A stretch of 64,000 bases of DNA from Phoronis australis (taxonomy: Eukaryota > Animalia > Phoronida): the NCBI GenBank assembly GCA_002633005.1, contig NMRA01000150.1:654453-718452 (forward strand), read 5' to 3'. Below, piece after piece: positions 25,182 to 38,823 of this stretch. The first letter of the stretch is position 1; every line of letters begins with the position of its first letter. The notes under the pieces were generated by a model. The model ran no database searches, was not told where the DNA came from, and was given only the letters and a program-made list of their open reading frames with translations. The translations under genes and the position numbers were made by a program.

Positions 25182-25329
25182 TCCCAAACCATGATTTCCC
25201 ATCCAGGTTAACAAGAACAATGTGGAGCATTGACAAGCATCCACCAAATGGTTAAAAAATAAGGGAACTAAATTTTCCATTATTTCCCCGGTATTCGGAT
25301 ACATCTGAAAATCAACAATAGTTTTAACT

Positions 25330-26330
25330 GCTTAAAAACAGGCTCTTCTCATAAGGATACAGATAGATCCACCTAAAGGAAATGGAAGGTAGCAAGGCAA
25401 GTCCAGTGACAATTTATGACTACGGCACACCACAATAGTCAACTCAGTCCAAAAATCATCACCAGCTGTGTTTTCCTCATCAGGAACAAATACGCCAAAT
25501 TTCATGAATATCCACACAAAGAACTTGATAGACATTGAAGCAGATAAAAAAATGAAAATAGTCACTTCAGGGTGTTACAGTAGAACAGTCCAAAACTTAA
25601 AATGGAAACTAGAGGGCACACAAAGGTCGAATCCATCTGACATTGGGCAGGAGCTGACATTTCCTTCACTGTAATGTATGAGAAATTTTCATGATAATCT
25701 ATTAAGGAACTTGGTAGAAACAGAGCACACGTAAAGAAAATCTAAACTGCCTCTAGGGGGTCTCATAGTAGTCGAACCCGTGAATTTATCATCAGCCATG
25801 CTTTCCTAACAAGTACATAGAACGGTCCTATTTTGACAGAGGTAGAGGAAACAAAATTGTGACAAGAGGACGTTACATTTATCGGACTATCCGAAAATCA
25901 GCATCACCTGTGCTCTCCACCATAGGAGCACGTGTGCCAAGTTCTATGAAGACACATAAAGGAACTTGGCAGATATCGAGACAGAGACCAAAGAAAAATG
26001 CGACTAGGGGCACAATAGTCACTAGTTGAACTAATGAAGTCAGCTGTTCAAAAATCAACATACAGCCACGCTGTCATAAAAAAAACCTTTCCAATTTCCT
26101 GATTCTTCGAGCAGTTTGGTGGATAGAGAAGCAGATGCCAAAAACAGCCACTATGTTGCATATACTATATAGTTTAGTAGGGGCTGTAGAATAAGTTGAA
26201 TCCGTCCAACATTGACAAAGTGTTATTATTTTAATAGAAACCTACTTGCTAAATTTCATAAATTCTATCAAAGAGCTTGATAGATACGTGACAAACTAAA
26301 GTTGTCACAAGGTACAACGCTATCATCCGC
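25330..26330 (-). mobile_element. HINE-like family degenerate copy
   Basis: Recurrent CCAAATTTCATGAA and ACTAGAGGGCAC motifs. Confidence 0.5.
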
Positions 26331-26646
26331 TCCTGGCTTGACAGGGTCACCAGCTTGATAGGGTCACATCTGCAAACTGTCATGGACATGTTGTAAAGGG
26401 TTAGGAGACAATAGAACCATATGTTGGATAGATGCCAAACAAAACATGCAAAATAAAAATGAGAAAATTGGTATTTGATGATCAACCAGTTCTCTCCTCC
26501 AAAAGAGAATCAACATCTTTTTAATAAACCAAAGTGGTACAGCATACAAACCTAAACTTTGAAATCACACTGCATCGACTATGACATACAAGTGAGTAGT
26601 AAGTAGGCGGCTATTCACTGAAAGTAGTACAAAAGTTGAGCTATAC

Positions 26647-26788
26647 CATCATGTCCGCCACTATCCTTCGCCCGCTGCCTCGTCACATCCTGATCAATCT
26701 TGTCCCGCACAGCCTGCAGTTCTTCAATACTATCTGATATCTTGACCGCCGTCATGAATGACTCATTGGTGAAGGACTCGTCTTTGCA
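26647..26788 (-). CDS. SNX13: SNX13 exon 9
   Basis: CKDESFTNESFMTAVKISDSIEELQAVRDK; AG/GT. Confidence 0.95.
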
Positions 26789-27802
26789 CTAATCAAGGGA
26801 AAGAGGACAGTTAAGATGACCATACCAAGTTCACTGACCATTAGAAATACAGCACGTTTTACAGCACCTCGTACTTTAACGATACATAATATGTACAAAA
26901 ACTGCCAGAGCCAAACGATGGCATTATCATGGACGCTGAATCTAACTGAAACAGAGTAGCTATCACATGAGCAATCAAGTGAGTCTGGCTTACTGGACAA
27001 GAGAACTAAGAATACTAACACTTAACAACAGACCAGATTGACATCATCATTCAAAAATTGGTTTCTGCATGCAGTGGAAAATAAAAAGATTTTTATTCTT
27101 AGTGTGTGATCATAATGATAAAAGGTCCATGTTATACACGACTGCACAGTCATGTTATTGGTGTTATACTGGACCTCGCTGAAACCTGTTCCTCAGCACA
27201 GAGTGATTATTAGGTTTACATGTTATTGGTGTCTCTAGACAACCAGTTACCTAAACATTTGGGTTCTCAAAATAGTCATTTAATGAAAATAATTGCACGT
27301 GGAGTATATGAAAGCAGTTTACATAAGTGAAAATGCAGATTGCAATCTACTTTACAATACTTGCTTCACACGGTGCATGCTTGTGAACGATAATAAGACA
27401 TCAGATTTCCCTAGATTCAACCTAGTCCAGAGGTAAAACTTCCTAACCTGGAGAATGAGACTACAGTCAAAATATGGCTAGCCATGAATTGAATAGATTA
27501 CTTGCATTTCACAATTTTGTCATGATATGTCGTCCCCAGTAACCAGCTCTCGGGTCGTTTGAAACAATTGCAAGTCTTTGTTCACGAGGCAACATGTGAT
27601 TTTGTGTCTATACACATCACATTGGTGATTTTAAGAAAAGAGTTGTCGATAAACGAATAAAAGTACAGTATTTGTTTTCGCTTTTTCAATTTTTTGATGA
27701 AAAAACAATAAATATGAAAGGAGTTGTTACATTATTACAAACAACCCGAATGATTAACTGCCCTCCACATTACAAATTGATTAAACTGAAGGTGAAGGTT
27801 TG

Positions 27803-28052
27803 CCTTGAACTTACCAGCCAAACAATGTATTGGTTAATGTAGTCAGGATCAGACAACAGGTTCACCTTGAACTTACCAGCCAAACAATGTATTGGTTAAT
27901 GTAGTCAGGATCAGACAACAGGTTCACCTTGAACTTACCAGCCAAACAATGTATTGGTTAATGTAGTCAGGGTCAGACAACAGGTTCACCTTGAACTTAC
28001 CAGCCAAACAATGTATTGGTTAATGTAGTCAGGATCAGACAACAGGTTCACC
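27803..28052. repeat. 62-bp x4 array made of 52 nt of exon 8 plus the donor GTAAGTTCAA
   Basis: Three extra copies of the VNLLSDPDYINQYIVWL-coding segment with its donor. Confidence 0.97.
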
Positions 28053-28084
28053 ATGGGTATCATGACACCTTGCACCAGAACTTC
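28001..28084 (-). CDS. SNX13: SNX13 exon 8
   Basis: EVLVQGVMIPMVNLLSDPDYINQYIVWL; AG/GT. Confidence 0.95.
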
Positions 28085-28559
28085 CTGAAAATACAAACAT
28101 TTGTCTGATCCTTTTGGACTCATCAAATCTTTTAATTCCAACTGTTAAGACGTGCATCAGGAATGTAAAGTTAGTGTGTAGGACATCAGCTTTATACAAG
28201 TAACAACTTCTTGGTACAACACAACCTCCTTGTCATGCAACGAATAAGCCTGACTGTGGCCTTCACTATATGAGACCAGTATAGCACTAGTCAGGAGAGA
28301 CCAGTACAGCACTAGTCAGGTCCTGCAATGACCAATGACAGAGGACAGGTGATGTATTGTTCTACAAATAAATAGGCTTCTGTGATAAAAATATTTTTTG
28401 TTTGGTAAAATTGAAGTGAAATGATCATTTTTGCATGAATAGTCAAAATAATGATAAAAAGAGACGATAAAAGAAGAAAGAAAATCAAATAAGAGGAAAT
28501 CGAAACAAAAAAGAGGAAATAATCTTAAAAGAGAAAAATTCCTAGCTCTTACTAGTAAA

Positions 28560-28770
28560 GGTCATAACATCTACTAAATGTAACATTTAGTAAACCTAAC
28601 ATCTAGCAAACCTAACTATATCTAGTATACCTAACAACTTCAAGTAGACCAACCAACTTCTAGTACACTCAACAATTTTGATTAGACATAACAATGTCTA
28701 GTAGACCTAATGACTTCTTGTAGACCTAACAACTTCTTGTAGACCTAACAATGCTTTTAGACCTAACACC
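28560..28770. repeat. Degenerate ~19-bp repeat
   Basis: TAGACCTAACAACTTCT-like units. Confidence 0.7.
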
Positions 28771-28856
28771 TTTTTTCCACAAACTGCAGTGACGCAGTTC
28801 AAGCTCAGATGGGGACTGGCCTGGTGATTGATCAAACACATTCAGAGCACACTTAC

Positions 28857-28945
28857 TCTACAGATATAACGGAAAGGTTTATTGTGGAAGTCTCCAGGTG
28901 GAAGGAGAAGATACAGCAACACGTCACTGATGTCTTGAAGATACT
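28857..28945 (-). CDS. SNX13: SNX13 exon 7
   Basis: YLQDISDVLLYLLLPPGDFHNKPFRYICR; AG/GT. Confidence 0.95.
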
Positions 28946-29446
28946 CTGAAAAACAACCACAGTTCACAAATTATCTCATCCACGCAAATAGAAAATCTAT
29001 TGCAAACAAACCTTGCAAATTCTTGAATTTTGAGCTAAAATGATAGCTTAAAATTTACATTTTTTTTCATTTTTAGTCAGAAAGTGCTCAATACTAAGTG
29101 GCGATAGGTTCACTGCACAAATCAAGATAACAACTGAACAAGTTGTGTCAATGAGAAATTTGACACGATGAAATTCTATTTTTTTCACCTAGTAAAGAAA
29201 GTATTTTATAGTTTCATGGTCAATCTTTTATCTATTGCATGACTATAAATGTTGACTTATCCAACAGATTTTTCCTAAAAACATTGGGATGAAAATCTTA
29301 TTGTGCATGAGATTGGCAGATGTGGTTGCTATGATACTCAAGCAATAAATAAATTATCACATACAAGTTTCTTTTGCACAATCAACACAAATAAATTATG
29401 ACATACCCATATTTTTCTAAAACAAGACAAATAAATTCTGACATAC

Positions 29447-29554
29447 GAATTTCTTTCTCAGAATCCACACAAATCTGGTCACGACACAATGTCTTCTCCA
29501 TTTCAGATTCAAGGTCAAAGAAGATGCAGTCCAGGTCAGTCACTGGTTTAGTTT
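29447..29554 (-). CDS. SNX13: SNX13 exon 6
   Basis: TKPVTDLDCIFFDLESEMEKTLCRDQIC; AG/GT. Confidence 0.93.
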
Positions 29555-30780
29555 CTGAAAGAACATAAAACATAACACAATGCGCAATGTTTGTCTTTTC
29601 TTCTGCTGTAGTTAACTGATTTTTGCCATTCAACTATTGAAAAAGTTCATTGACAGATTCAGTTTTTATAGTGCACAGTGCCAAAAATGGGCAGGAAAGA
29701 ATGTTGCCACCATAGACATCACATAGACCGGGCACCCGCCACTCGGATACATGCAGCTCGCGTTGTCAATATAACGCCATATTGGAGAGTGCTACGCAAG
29801 ACAAAAATGGTGGAAAACACTGAGAGCCCTACAACATCAGTCAGGAAATGCGGGGGCTCGCAGTGATATGCTTGCAGCCAAAGAGTTAATTTTTTTTTGG
29901 TCTTGCCATTGAGTCATGAGTTTTTTGGTTCTGCCATGGAGTTTAGTGGTGCTGCAAGTTTTTATGTTCTGCCACCATAGTTTAAGCAGAGCAACTATAT
30001 GCGTTGTTTCCACATCAGTCTTGGTGGTTGAGACTATATAAGATCAATTAAGATAATTTTTGACCAGCATTTGCTGTTATCCAATGATGATGCTGTTTGG
30101 TAATTATATTTAAGTAAATATTTAGTATTAATGACAATCATATGTATTTTTACTTGTACTGAAAAATAACATCCCCGAACTTACTCGCCAGCCGGGGCAT
30201 CGAAATCAGTACATTTAAGTGAATAGTGTATTCTCTATTGAAATATATACTGCTTTAAAACTCATTTCTTACTATGTATTCCAAAGTCAGATATTTTCTG
30301 TTGTGTCAAAACAAACAAATCCCTGCAAAATCTGTACTTATGTCGAAGTTGACATTAGAATTTCTTTGGATTTGCAGTGCTTGCTTACGAGCTGTGACGA
30401 AACTTGCGTTAAAAGTAAAGTGCATAGTAACTGCAAATCCAACCTATGCGACTGAATTGCGCATTCAACCTTTACCCAAAATACATAATGTCCCACTCGA
30501 AACCTAATAGAAATATACCCAACCGAGTCCGGTTGGTTTTTTCGCAAGGTCTAAATTTAATGTGAAGAATTTTCAGCCCATGAAAAAATGACCCCACGTC
30601 CATGAAAACCTGTCCTGTCATTATTCAATGGTTCCCCCACAACAGCGGGTTGGGATAAGCAGATAGCGTGCGTGTGAGAAGAATTCATTTTAAATTTCTC
30701 GGCTGAGGGTACATCAAATAAGGGCGGGGATAGACAGGAACGGTCCAAAATAATGTGTGGGAGTGGGGCTATCTCTTTGT

Positions 30781-30940
30781 GAGCACCAGCTTGTACAGTA
30801 TGAGGTCATGACTAGTACTTCTGAGAGCACCAGCTTTTACATTATGAGGTCATGACTAGTACTTCTGAGAGCACCAGCTTTTACATTATGAGGTCATGAC
30901 TAGTACTTCTGAGAGCACCAGCTTTTACATTATGAGGTCA
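30781..30940. repeat. 44-bp x3.6 array near the exon-5 donor
   Basis: GAGCACCAGCTTTTACATTATGAGGTCATGACTAGTACTTCTGA. Confidence 0.93.
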
Positions 30941-31007
30941 TCCAGTGTTTGTGAAGAGTCACTAGGAATAAAGTATCACTACAAGATGTCATACAGGATA
31001 ACCTTAC

Positions 31008-31123
31008 CATCTAGTTTATACAAAATGTGTCGATCTTGTGCCCTTCTGAAGAGTCGCAGATGAGAGGCAAAGTCGTCAACAAGTCGAGTGGTGAAATATG
31101 GCACCCAGTCAACAGTCTTAGCT
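31008..31123 (-). CDS. SNX13: SNX13 exon 5
   Basis: AKTVDWVPYFTTRLVDDFASHLRLFRRAQ; AG/GT, phases 2/1. Confidence 0.95.
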
Positions 31124-31349
31124 CTGCAATTATGCAATGAAAGTCTTACCAGATTTAAGATAAGTGAGGCATCACTAAACAGTGACAAAATTTACAGACT
31201 CAAAAAAATTAATAACACCATTTAAAACAGAATACATTTTACTCGATCGGACCTTCACTGACTCCTAAAATTTACTCATTACATCACTTCCTGTAATTAA
31301 AACATAAGTACATCATAAAAAAGTGGTAACATTCCCCTTCAAGTGCAAG

Positions 31350-31782
31350 ACAATGTCATGTCTACACACCAGGAGTAACTAAGTACCAAGTACTGACTAG
31401 ATGTCACAACATAACAATGTCATGTCTACACACCAGGAGTCACTAAGTACCAAGTACTGACTAGATGTCACAACATAACAATGTCATGTCTACACACTAG
31501 GAGTCACTAAGTACCAAGTACTGACTAGATGTCACAACATAACAATGTCACTAAGTACCAAGTACTGACTAGATGTCACAACATAACAATGTCATGTCTA
31601 CACACTAGGAGTGACTAAGTACCAAATACTCTCTAGGTGTTACCACTACTTAACAATATGTCTTCACACTCAGCATCCATGAAAACAAAGTACTCACTAG
31701 ATGTCACTGCATAGCACTGCCATGACTGCTCACTAGGTGTCGTTAAGTAACAAGAATTTACTAGATGTCACTACATAACAAC
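31350..31782. repeat. ~64-bp array running up to the exon-4 donor
   Basis: ACAATGTCATGTCTACAC...CTAGATGTCACAACATA units, degenerate toward the donor. Confidence 0.88.
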
Positions 31783-31785
31783 TAC

Positions 31786-31997
31786 CTCTCTGATAAGGAG
31801 ACAAGAACCTTCTGCGCAGCCTGTCGCAGGTCATACTTAAACTCTTCACTGTCACTAATCTTCTTATACCAGACATAAATGTAATCCCGGAATGTGCACT
31901 CAAGCACCTCCTGGAGGGCCTCATCAATGATACTGGACCCTGTCAGCCGTTTGTCAATTTTGTAGTCGGCTTTGAATTGCTTCATTTCCCGTACAAT
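31786..31997 (-). CDS. SNX13: SNX13 exon 4 (PXA domain start)
   Basis: IVREMKQFKADYKIDKRLTGSSIIDEALQEV...; ttacag acceptor, gtagtt donor. Confidence 0.95.
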
Positions 31998-33183
31998 CTG
32001 TAACATAAGAGTGACAGGATACAGGCGCCAAGAACTTACATGCATACACATGTTTGTGTGTAAGATACAAAATACAGTGTTAAACTAGCGTAAAACATTC
32101 ATGACATTTGCAGTTATTTTGCCTAATATTGCAGCAATCACATCAATTAGCAGTTTTGGAGTAGATGTTATTATCAGTTACAATACTTCAAATTTGTTCA
32201 ATTGAAAAGCTCCTAGTGACATTTTTGGTCCATTTATGTCAATAACAGAAAACTACATGACTAGTGGCCTCGACAAGTATATGACACCTCACAGTGACCA
32301 TGGACAGCAACAGAGTGAATACTGAGTAGGTGACAACTTGTGACAGCAGCTTTTTTGAATGTGAGATACAACAGATCACAAAAAAGTTGTCCAATATTGC
32401 AGATAACACGCTGCAAGTAACTAATAATTTACCTGCAAACTTGTTTTGTTATTTGACTTAAAGTTTAGAAAATTTAATGAAACTTAATTAGTCTGGAACA
32501 AGCAGTGTCACAGTAATGAACCACTTTATTAGTTCTAGTTAAGAAACATGTCTTTCACTAGCACTAAAACATGACAACAAGCAAGCTGACTCATGAGACA
32601 GCTAAGTCACTGAATGTGGGTCCTGGTAACCATACTGCGGTAACTGACCTACTTAATGCATAGTACGCTCTTACCCAGTGCTACAGAAGTATCACTGTGG
32701 ATTGACTGTACCTAACACGACTTCTCATTGGTTAACGAAATCAAGTAACACGAGCCATTCTGATTCGTTGGCATTTTGAATGATATTGAGAAATGCATCA
32801 CTATACAACTCCATCTACTGAGAACTATCCTTGTAGCTTATAGTTGTTGCAAACACTAGAACAGACTAAATCAATGTATTCCACACAAGTTCATGTTTTT
32901 CTCAGAAAGGAGCAGAGAAACAAAACATTCTGCTGACAGTGAATGTCATGTTATTCACTGTCGTATCATTCACAGTTAAGTCTTTCCATGACACATTTTC
33001 ACTAGACAACTGTAACTCAGACATATCCATAATAGAGTTACCCTAGTTACCATGCTAATAGCTGCTGACATGGAAGCGTGCTGAGCAGAGTGACTCATGA
33101 TAACAACTTAACAAAGTCAAACACTAGACCACCCACAGATAGATGACCGTGATACATCATTCAACCATGTTTGACATATGTAC

Positions 33184-33280
33184 CGTTAGAATCCCTGGAG
33201 AAGGGTGACCATAGTTTGAAGATACAACATTCAACTGTGTTTGCAGGGATATTCCTGGACTACGCATTTGCATCATTATA
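33184..33280 (-). CDS. SNX13: SNX13 exon 3 (IMMQMRSPGISLQTQLNVVSSNYGHPSPGILT); 5' boundary uncertain
   Basis: Ends PSPGILT then gtacat donor, like SNX13 TSPGVPK. No AG at the expected start; an internal phase-compatible AG would start the exon at 33259. Confidence 0.6.
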
Positions 33281-33879
33281 GTGTCAAAAAATAAAAAGGC
33301 GCAAGGACATTGCAGCAGGGCCCCCAAGGCACTTGTTTTAAAATGCAACACTCTTTCAAAAATGCAAGATTCTAGTCAACTTACAGTCAGTCGGGTAAAA
33401 CATGACTCTGTTCTTATTTCGATTGCCCTTGGGGTTTCTGTTTCATATGTTACCACTTTAATTATACTAAGTTTGCTAGGCACAACGTTTTGAAAAAAAG
33501 ACATTTTTTATCATCAGGTGCACCCGAAGGGCACAAGTTCAAACCTGGTCAGGAATATCTCTGTGTTTGGCAGATTTACCTTTATAATGCCTGGAGAAAG
33601 ATGGCCATAGTTTGGGGGAGGTCCATTCAGGATGTCCAAGGACTTCTTTCGACCATAGTAGAATGCAATTACAACTCCACTGAAATGTTAGAAAATGAAA
33701 TGGTGAGACAAACCAACACGTGCATACAAACATCCAAATGTGTTTAATTTACTCAATTCAAGCTACGAAATCAAATTGTGCATGTATTTAAAGGACATAT
33801 TTATTAAAGAAATAAACAAACAATGGGAAGCACTGAAATGCAGCAATGTAAAACATGTGCATCTAGTGTTATTAATTAG

Positions 33880-35425
33880 TATAATGATAAAAAGTCAATT
33901 TGATGCGGCAGAATACGTGGCGCCCATTCAAAATTGGGAGAGCGTCGTTGACACTCTAACACAAAACTGCCAAAATTTCATGAATATCTGAAAGGCAGAT
34001 AGGCAGACATAAAAAAAACAAAATGCCATTAAGAGGCACAGTGGTGGCCAAATCTGCCTATCTGTTGTCAATTAAATAGGAATACATTTGCCAAATTGTG
34101 ATTTTGCAAGTGGTTTGGTAAATACAGGAACAGATGCAGAAAAATGTCACTAGAGGGCACAACAGCAGTTTGAACCGTCTGAAAATCCATCTCAGTTTTG
34201 TTCTTGCCAGTAGGTACACATCTGCTAATTTTGATAATGATCCTCTGGGCGCTTTAGCGAATATAGATTAAGCAGATGGCAAAAATGACTGAAAAATGAG
34301 CACTAAGTTGTGAAGAATATGTCAAAACCATCATCCCAAAATGGAAAAGTGCTGCTGTCTTCTTTATAGAAATTCGATTGCCAAATTTCATGAAAAACAT
34401 CAACTCATAAGATGCAATGGCAAAGGTAAAAAAAATAATATAACAAGTCGTGGGCAGTCATAGTCACATTTACAGGGAAATACCTGCAAAAGTTACTAAC
34501 ATCCTGCAAACAAATCAGGTACTACAGCCATGGTCACAAAAATAAAAAATCATCAGTAGGGGATGCCACAGTTTTCAGGCCCATCCAAACTAATATGGTT
34601 CATAATGATCGTTCGAAATGTATGGTGCATAAAGAGGAAGATCTCGTCAAAAAAGGAACTAAAATAACAAAATAACACCAATAGGTGGCACAGAATACGT
34701 CCAATCCATCCACAAATGGAAAGCCATCTTGTCTCCTTAGTAGAAACCCGTTTGCCATATTTCACAAAATCAAAATGAACTCCAACGCTACAGAGGCAAA
34801 TATAAAAAAAGAACATTACTACTATGGGGCAAACCTGTTTTCAGATTGGTCTGAAACTCGTTGTCGTCTATCACCACCTCCAATGGAACACATGTGCCAC
34901 ATTTCACAAAGATCCACCAAAGTGTTAAGTGCCATGGCCGCAAAAAACACAAAATTGCCCCTTGGGGGCCCCAGAGTAATCAAAGCTGTCTGAAAACGCC
35001 AGCGTCAGGACTAACATGGTATTCTAATCAAATTCACATCAGACAATTTTTATCACGATCTCTTGAGCAGTTTAGCAGAAAGAGAAGCAGACGTCTTGCT
35101 TAAAATGACCACCAGGTGACGCATAATACTTCAAATCCGAAAATGAGAAAGCGTCATCTTCTCCTTAATAGAAACCTATTTTGTAAATTTCATGAAAATA
35201 TATCAAGGAATTATAAAAATACAGAGGCAAATGTAAAAATAAAAATTTCCACTTGAGGAAAGTCTGATCAACCTGAAACTTGTCGCCATTTGTCGTTACC
35301 TTCATAGAAACACATAATACTAAATCTCATTAAGAACCTGTAAGGCATTTAGGATATATGTCAGTGGATACTGGACGCCCAGACAGAGATGATGGCAATA
35401 TGCACCCACAATTTGGGCACATGTA
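33880..35425 (-). mobile_element. HINE-like family copy (partly repeated at 36674-37592)
   Basis: Same internal motifs; ends CCAGACAGAGATGATGGCAATATGCACCCACAATTTGGGCACAT. Confidence 0.6.
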
Positions 35426-36036
35426 ATGCATACCAATCAATAAACAATAACCCGATCGGGGGTTACAGATGCCGAGATTGTACAACAGCAGGAGATATGG
35501 GCAACAAAGTGCCTCATAGAGCGAGGATGGCAATATGGAGATGCAGCAAAAACTCGTATCAGGGGAAAAGATTGAAGAGTGTGTAACTACCACGAACTTG
35601 GTTGCATCTCCAAATCTACATTGCGTGCGATACTGGAAGGAGGAGGGCCAGAGACTATCCCGGTGCCTACCCTCTGACGTCACCACAGAAACAGAAACAG
35701 AAAATAAACTATAAAAAATGCAATGGACATCCCTAAAAACAAAAAATGGGAATTTCAACATGGAATGACTGCCAATTAAGAACACAAAATGACCGACAAT
35801 TGAAATTTTATTTGCTTAACTTTTTTCCACAAAAGAAACACAAAATAAATGCTGTAAGATTTTTAAAGATCTGTATCATAGATAGTGTCAGATCATGACG
35901 ATGACAAATCGTTGGCATTCATAGCAATGTCAGGAGCCTTTGAAAAATGAAAATAGACCAATTTTGGTAAATTATTTTTGTCCAAAGTTGGTGTGATTTT
36001 AACGCATGTGAAGTGTATGTTGGGATTGCTAGTTTA

Positions 36037-36175
36037 GGACAGACAGTGCCCCATCTGACCTTAAGGACAGACAGTGCCCTGTCTGACCACAAGGACAGAT
36101 ACTTCACTGTATGACCTTAAAGACAGACGGTGCCCTGTCTGACCTTAAGGAGAGACACTGCATTGTCTGACCTCA
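36037..36175. repeat. 28-bp minisatellite (also at 38195-38333)
   Basis: GGACAGACAGTGCCCTGTCTGACCTTAA, about 5 copies. Confidence 0.9.
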
Positions 36176-36596
36176 AGTTTTTTTGCAGACAACACAAGCT
36201 ATGGTACAAGACAAAGTAATAAGGCAAATTGCCCTTTTCCCAGTCTACTTTTAAATTATGATGAAAGAATAGCTTAGCAAACTAGCTAACCTTCCAACAT
36301 ATTCTCTAAAATTGTCGGTCACGAGAGAAAACTACTTTGACGATAATTTGGCTTCTGCACTGCCGTCATAATGCAGAATTTCAACATTTACTGGCCGACT
36401 GTCTTGTTTCTGTTTGACATTCACAAGCGCTGCTCATTTTGAGAAACCTTAAAAACTAAACATTTAATTGTAGTTCCAAAAGTAGACTCATGGACCAAAA
36501 TTAGAATTTTTTTCTAAAACAGCCCAAGAGCCTATACCACAAGGGACCTGACTGAGGAAATTTCTGCCACTAATCACTATTTACATGAACACATAC

Positions 36597-36672
36597 CCCA
36601 ATACAAATGAAAGGACGTAGAAAATCAAATAAAATCCGCCAAGTGGTCCAAAGGTTCCAAAGAACAGGGCCA
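36597..36672 (-). CDS. SNX13: SNX13 exon 2, 3' part, copy A (ALFFGTFGPLGGFYLIFYVLSFVLG; N-terminal TM segment)
   Basis: Similar to SNX13 VLFLITFGPFVIFYLTFYILCFVGG; donor gtatgt, phase 2; 5' part cut by N at 36673. Confidence 0.85.
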
Positions 36673-38747
36673 NAACATCCTGCAAACAAATCAGGTACTA
36701 CAGCCATGGTCACAAAAATAAAAAATCATCAGTAGGGGATGCCACAGTTTTCAGGCCCATCCAAACTAATATGATTCATAATGATCGTTCAACCTGTATG
36801 GTGCATAAAGAGGAAGATCTTGTCAAAAAAGGAACTAAAAATAACAAAATAACACCAATAGGTGGCGCAGAATACGTCCAATCCATCCACAAATGGAAAG
36901 CCATATTGTCTCCTTAGTAGAAACCCGTTTGCCATATTTCACAAAATCAAAATGAACTCCAACGCTACAGAGGCAAATATAGAAAAAGAACATTACTACT
37001 ATGGGGCAAACCTGTTTTCAGATTGGTCTGAAACTCGTTATCGTCTGTCACCACCTCCAATGGAACACATGTGCCACATTTCATAAAGATCCACCAAAGT
37101 GTTAAGTGCCATGGCCGCAAAAAACACAAAATTGCCCCTTGGGGGCCCCAGAGTAATCAAAGCTGTCTGAAAACGCCAGCGTCAGGTATTCTAATCAAAT
37201 TCACATCAGACAATTTTTATCACGATCTCTTGAGCAGTTTAGCAGATAGAGAGGCAGACGTCTTGCTTAAAATGACCACCAGGTGACGCATAATACTTCA
37301 AATCCGAAAATGAGAAAGCGTCATCTTCTCCTTAATAGAAACCTATTTTATAAATTTCATGAAAATATATCAAGGAATTATAAAAATACAGAGGCAAATG
37401 TAAAAATAAAAATTTCCACTTGAGGAAAGTCTGATCAACCTGAAACTTGTCGCCATCTGTCGTTACCTTCATAGGAACACATAGTACTAAATCTCATTAA
37501 GAACCTGCAAGGCATTTAGGATATATGTCAGTGGATACTGGATGCCCAGACAGAGATGATGGCAATATGCACCCACAACTTGGGCGCATGTAATGCATAC
37601 CAATCAATAAACTATAACCCGATCGGGGGTTACAGATGCCGAGATTGTACAACAGCAGGAGATATGGGCAACAAAGTGCCTCATAGAGCGAGGATGGCAA
37701 TATGGAGATGCAGCAAAAACTCGTATCAGGGGAAAAGATCGAAGAGTGTGTAACCAGCACGAACTTGGTTGCATCTCCAAATTTACTTTGCGTACGATAC
37801 TGGAAGGAGGGCCAGAGACTATACCGGTGCCTACCCTCTGACGTCACCACAGAAACAGAAAATAAACTATAAAAAATGCAATGGACATCCCTAAAAACAA
37901 AAAATGGGAATTTCAACATGGAATGACTGCCAATTAAGAACACAACATGACCGACAATTAAAATTTTATTTGCTTAACTTTTTTCCACAAAAGAAACACA
38001 AAATAAATGCTGTAAGATTTTTAAAGATCTGTATCATAGATAGTGTCAGATCATGACAATGACAAATCGTTGGCATTCATAGCAATGTCAGGAGCCTTTG
38101 AAAAATGAAAATAGACCAATTTTGGTAAATTGTTTTTGTCCAAAATTGGTGTGATTTTAACGCATGTGAAGTGTATGTTGGGATTGCTAGTTTAGGACAG
38201 ACAGTGCCCCATCTGACCTTAAGGACAGACGGTGCCCTGTCTGACCACAAGGACAGATACTGCACTGTCTGACCTTAAAGACAGACGGTGCCCTGTCTGA
38301 CCTTAAGGAGAGACACTGCATTGTCTGACCTCAAGTCTTTTTGCAGACAACACAAGCTATGGTACAAGACAAAGTAATACGGCAAATTGCCCTTTTCCCA
38401 GTCTACTTTTAAATTATGATGAAAGAATAGCTTAGCAAACTAGCTAACCTTCCAGCATATTCTCTAAAATTGTCGGTCACGAGAGAAAACTACTTTGACG
38501 ATAATTTGGCTTCTGCACTGCCGTCATAATGCAGAATTTCAACATTTACTGGCCAACTGTCTTGTTTCTGTTTGACATTCACAAGCACTGCTCATTTTGA
38601 GAAACCTTAAACATTTAATTGTAGTTCCAAAAGTAGACTCATGGACCAAAATTAGAATTTCTTTCTAAAACAGCCCAAGAGCCTATACCAAAAGGGACCT
38701 GACTGAGGAAATTTCTGCCACTAATCACTATTTACATGAACACATAC

Positions 38748-38823
38748 CCCAATACAAATGAAAGGACGTAGAAAATCAAATAAAATCCGCCAAGTGGTCC
38801 AAAGGTTCCAAAGAACAGGGCCA
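38748..38823 (-). CDS. SNX13: SNX13 exon 2, 3' part, copy B (in the duplicated segment)
   Basis: Same sequence as 36597-36672, cut by N at 38824. Confidence 0.8.

Larger units (their letters stand above)
34498..38823. repeat. 2.15-kb tandem duplicate (34498-36672 and 36674-38823), probably two alleles assembled in series
   Basis: Near-identical copies with scattered SNPs and indels, both ending at the same base before a single N. Confidence 0.9.

Noticed and set aside
35330-37943. Pair of 148-151 aa Cys-rich paralogous ORFs
   Set aside because: They overlap the HINE-like element end, and the pair exists only because of the probable haplotype duplication.
36597-38823. Mutually exclusive duplicated exon 2
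   Set aside because: The coding copies are identical and cut at the same base by Ns; an assembly artefact is more likely.
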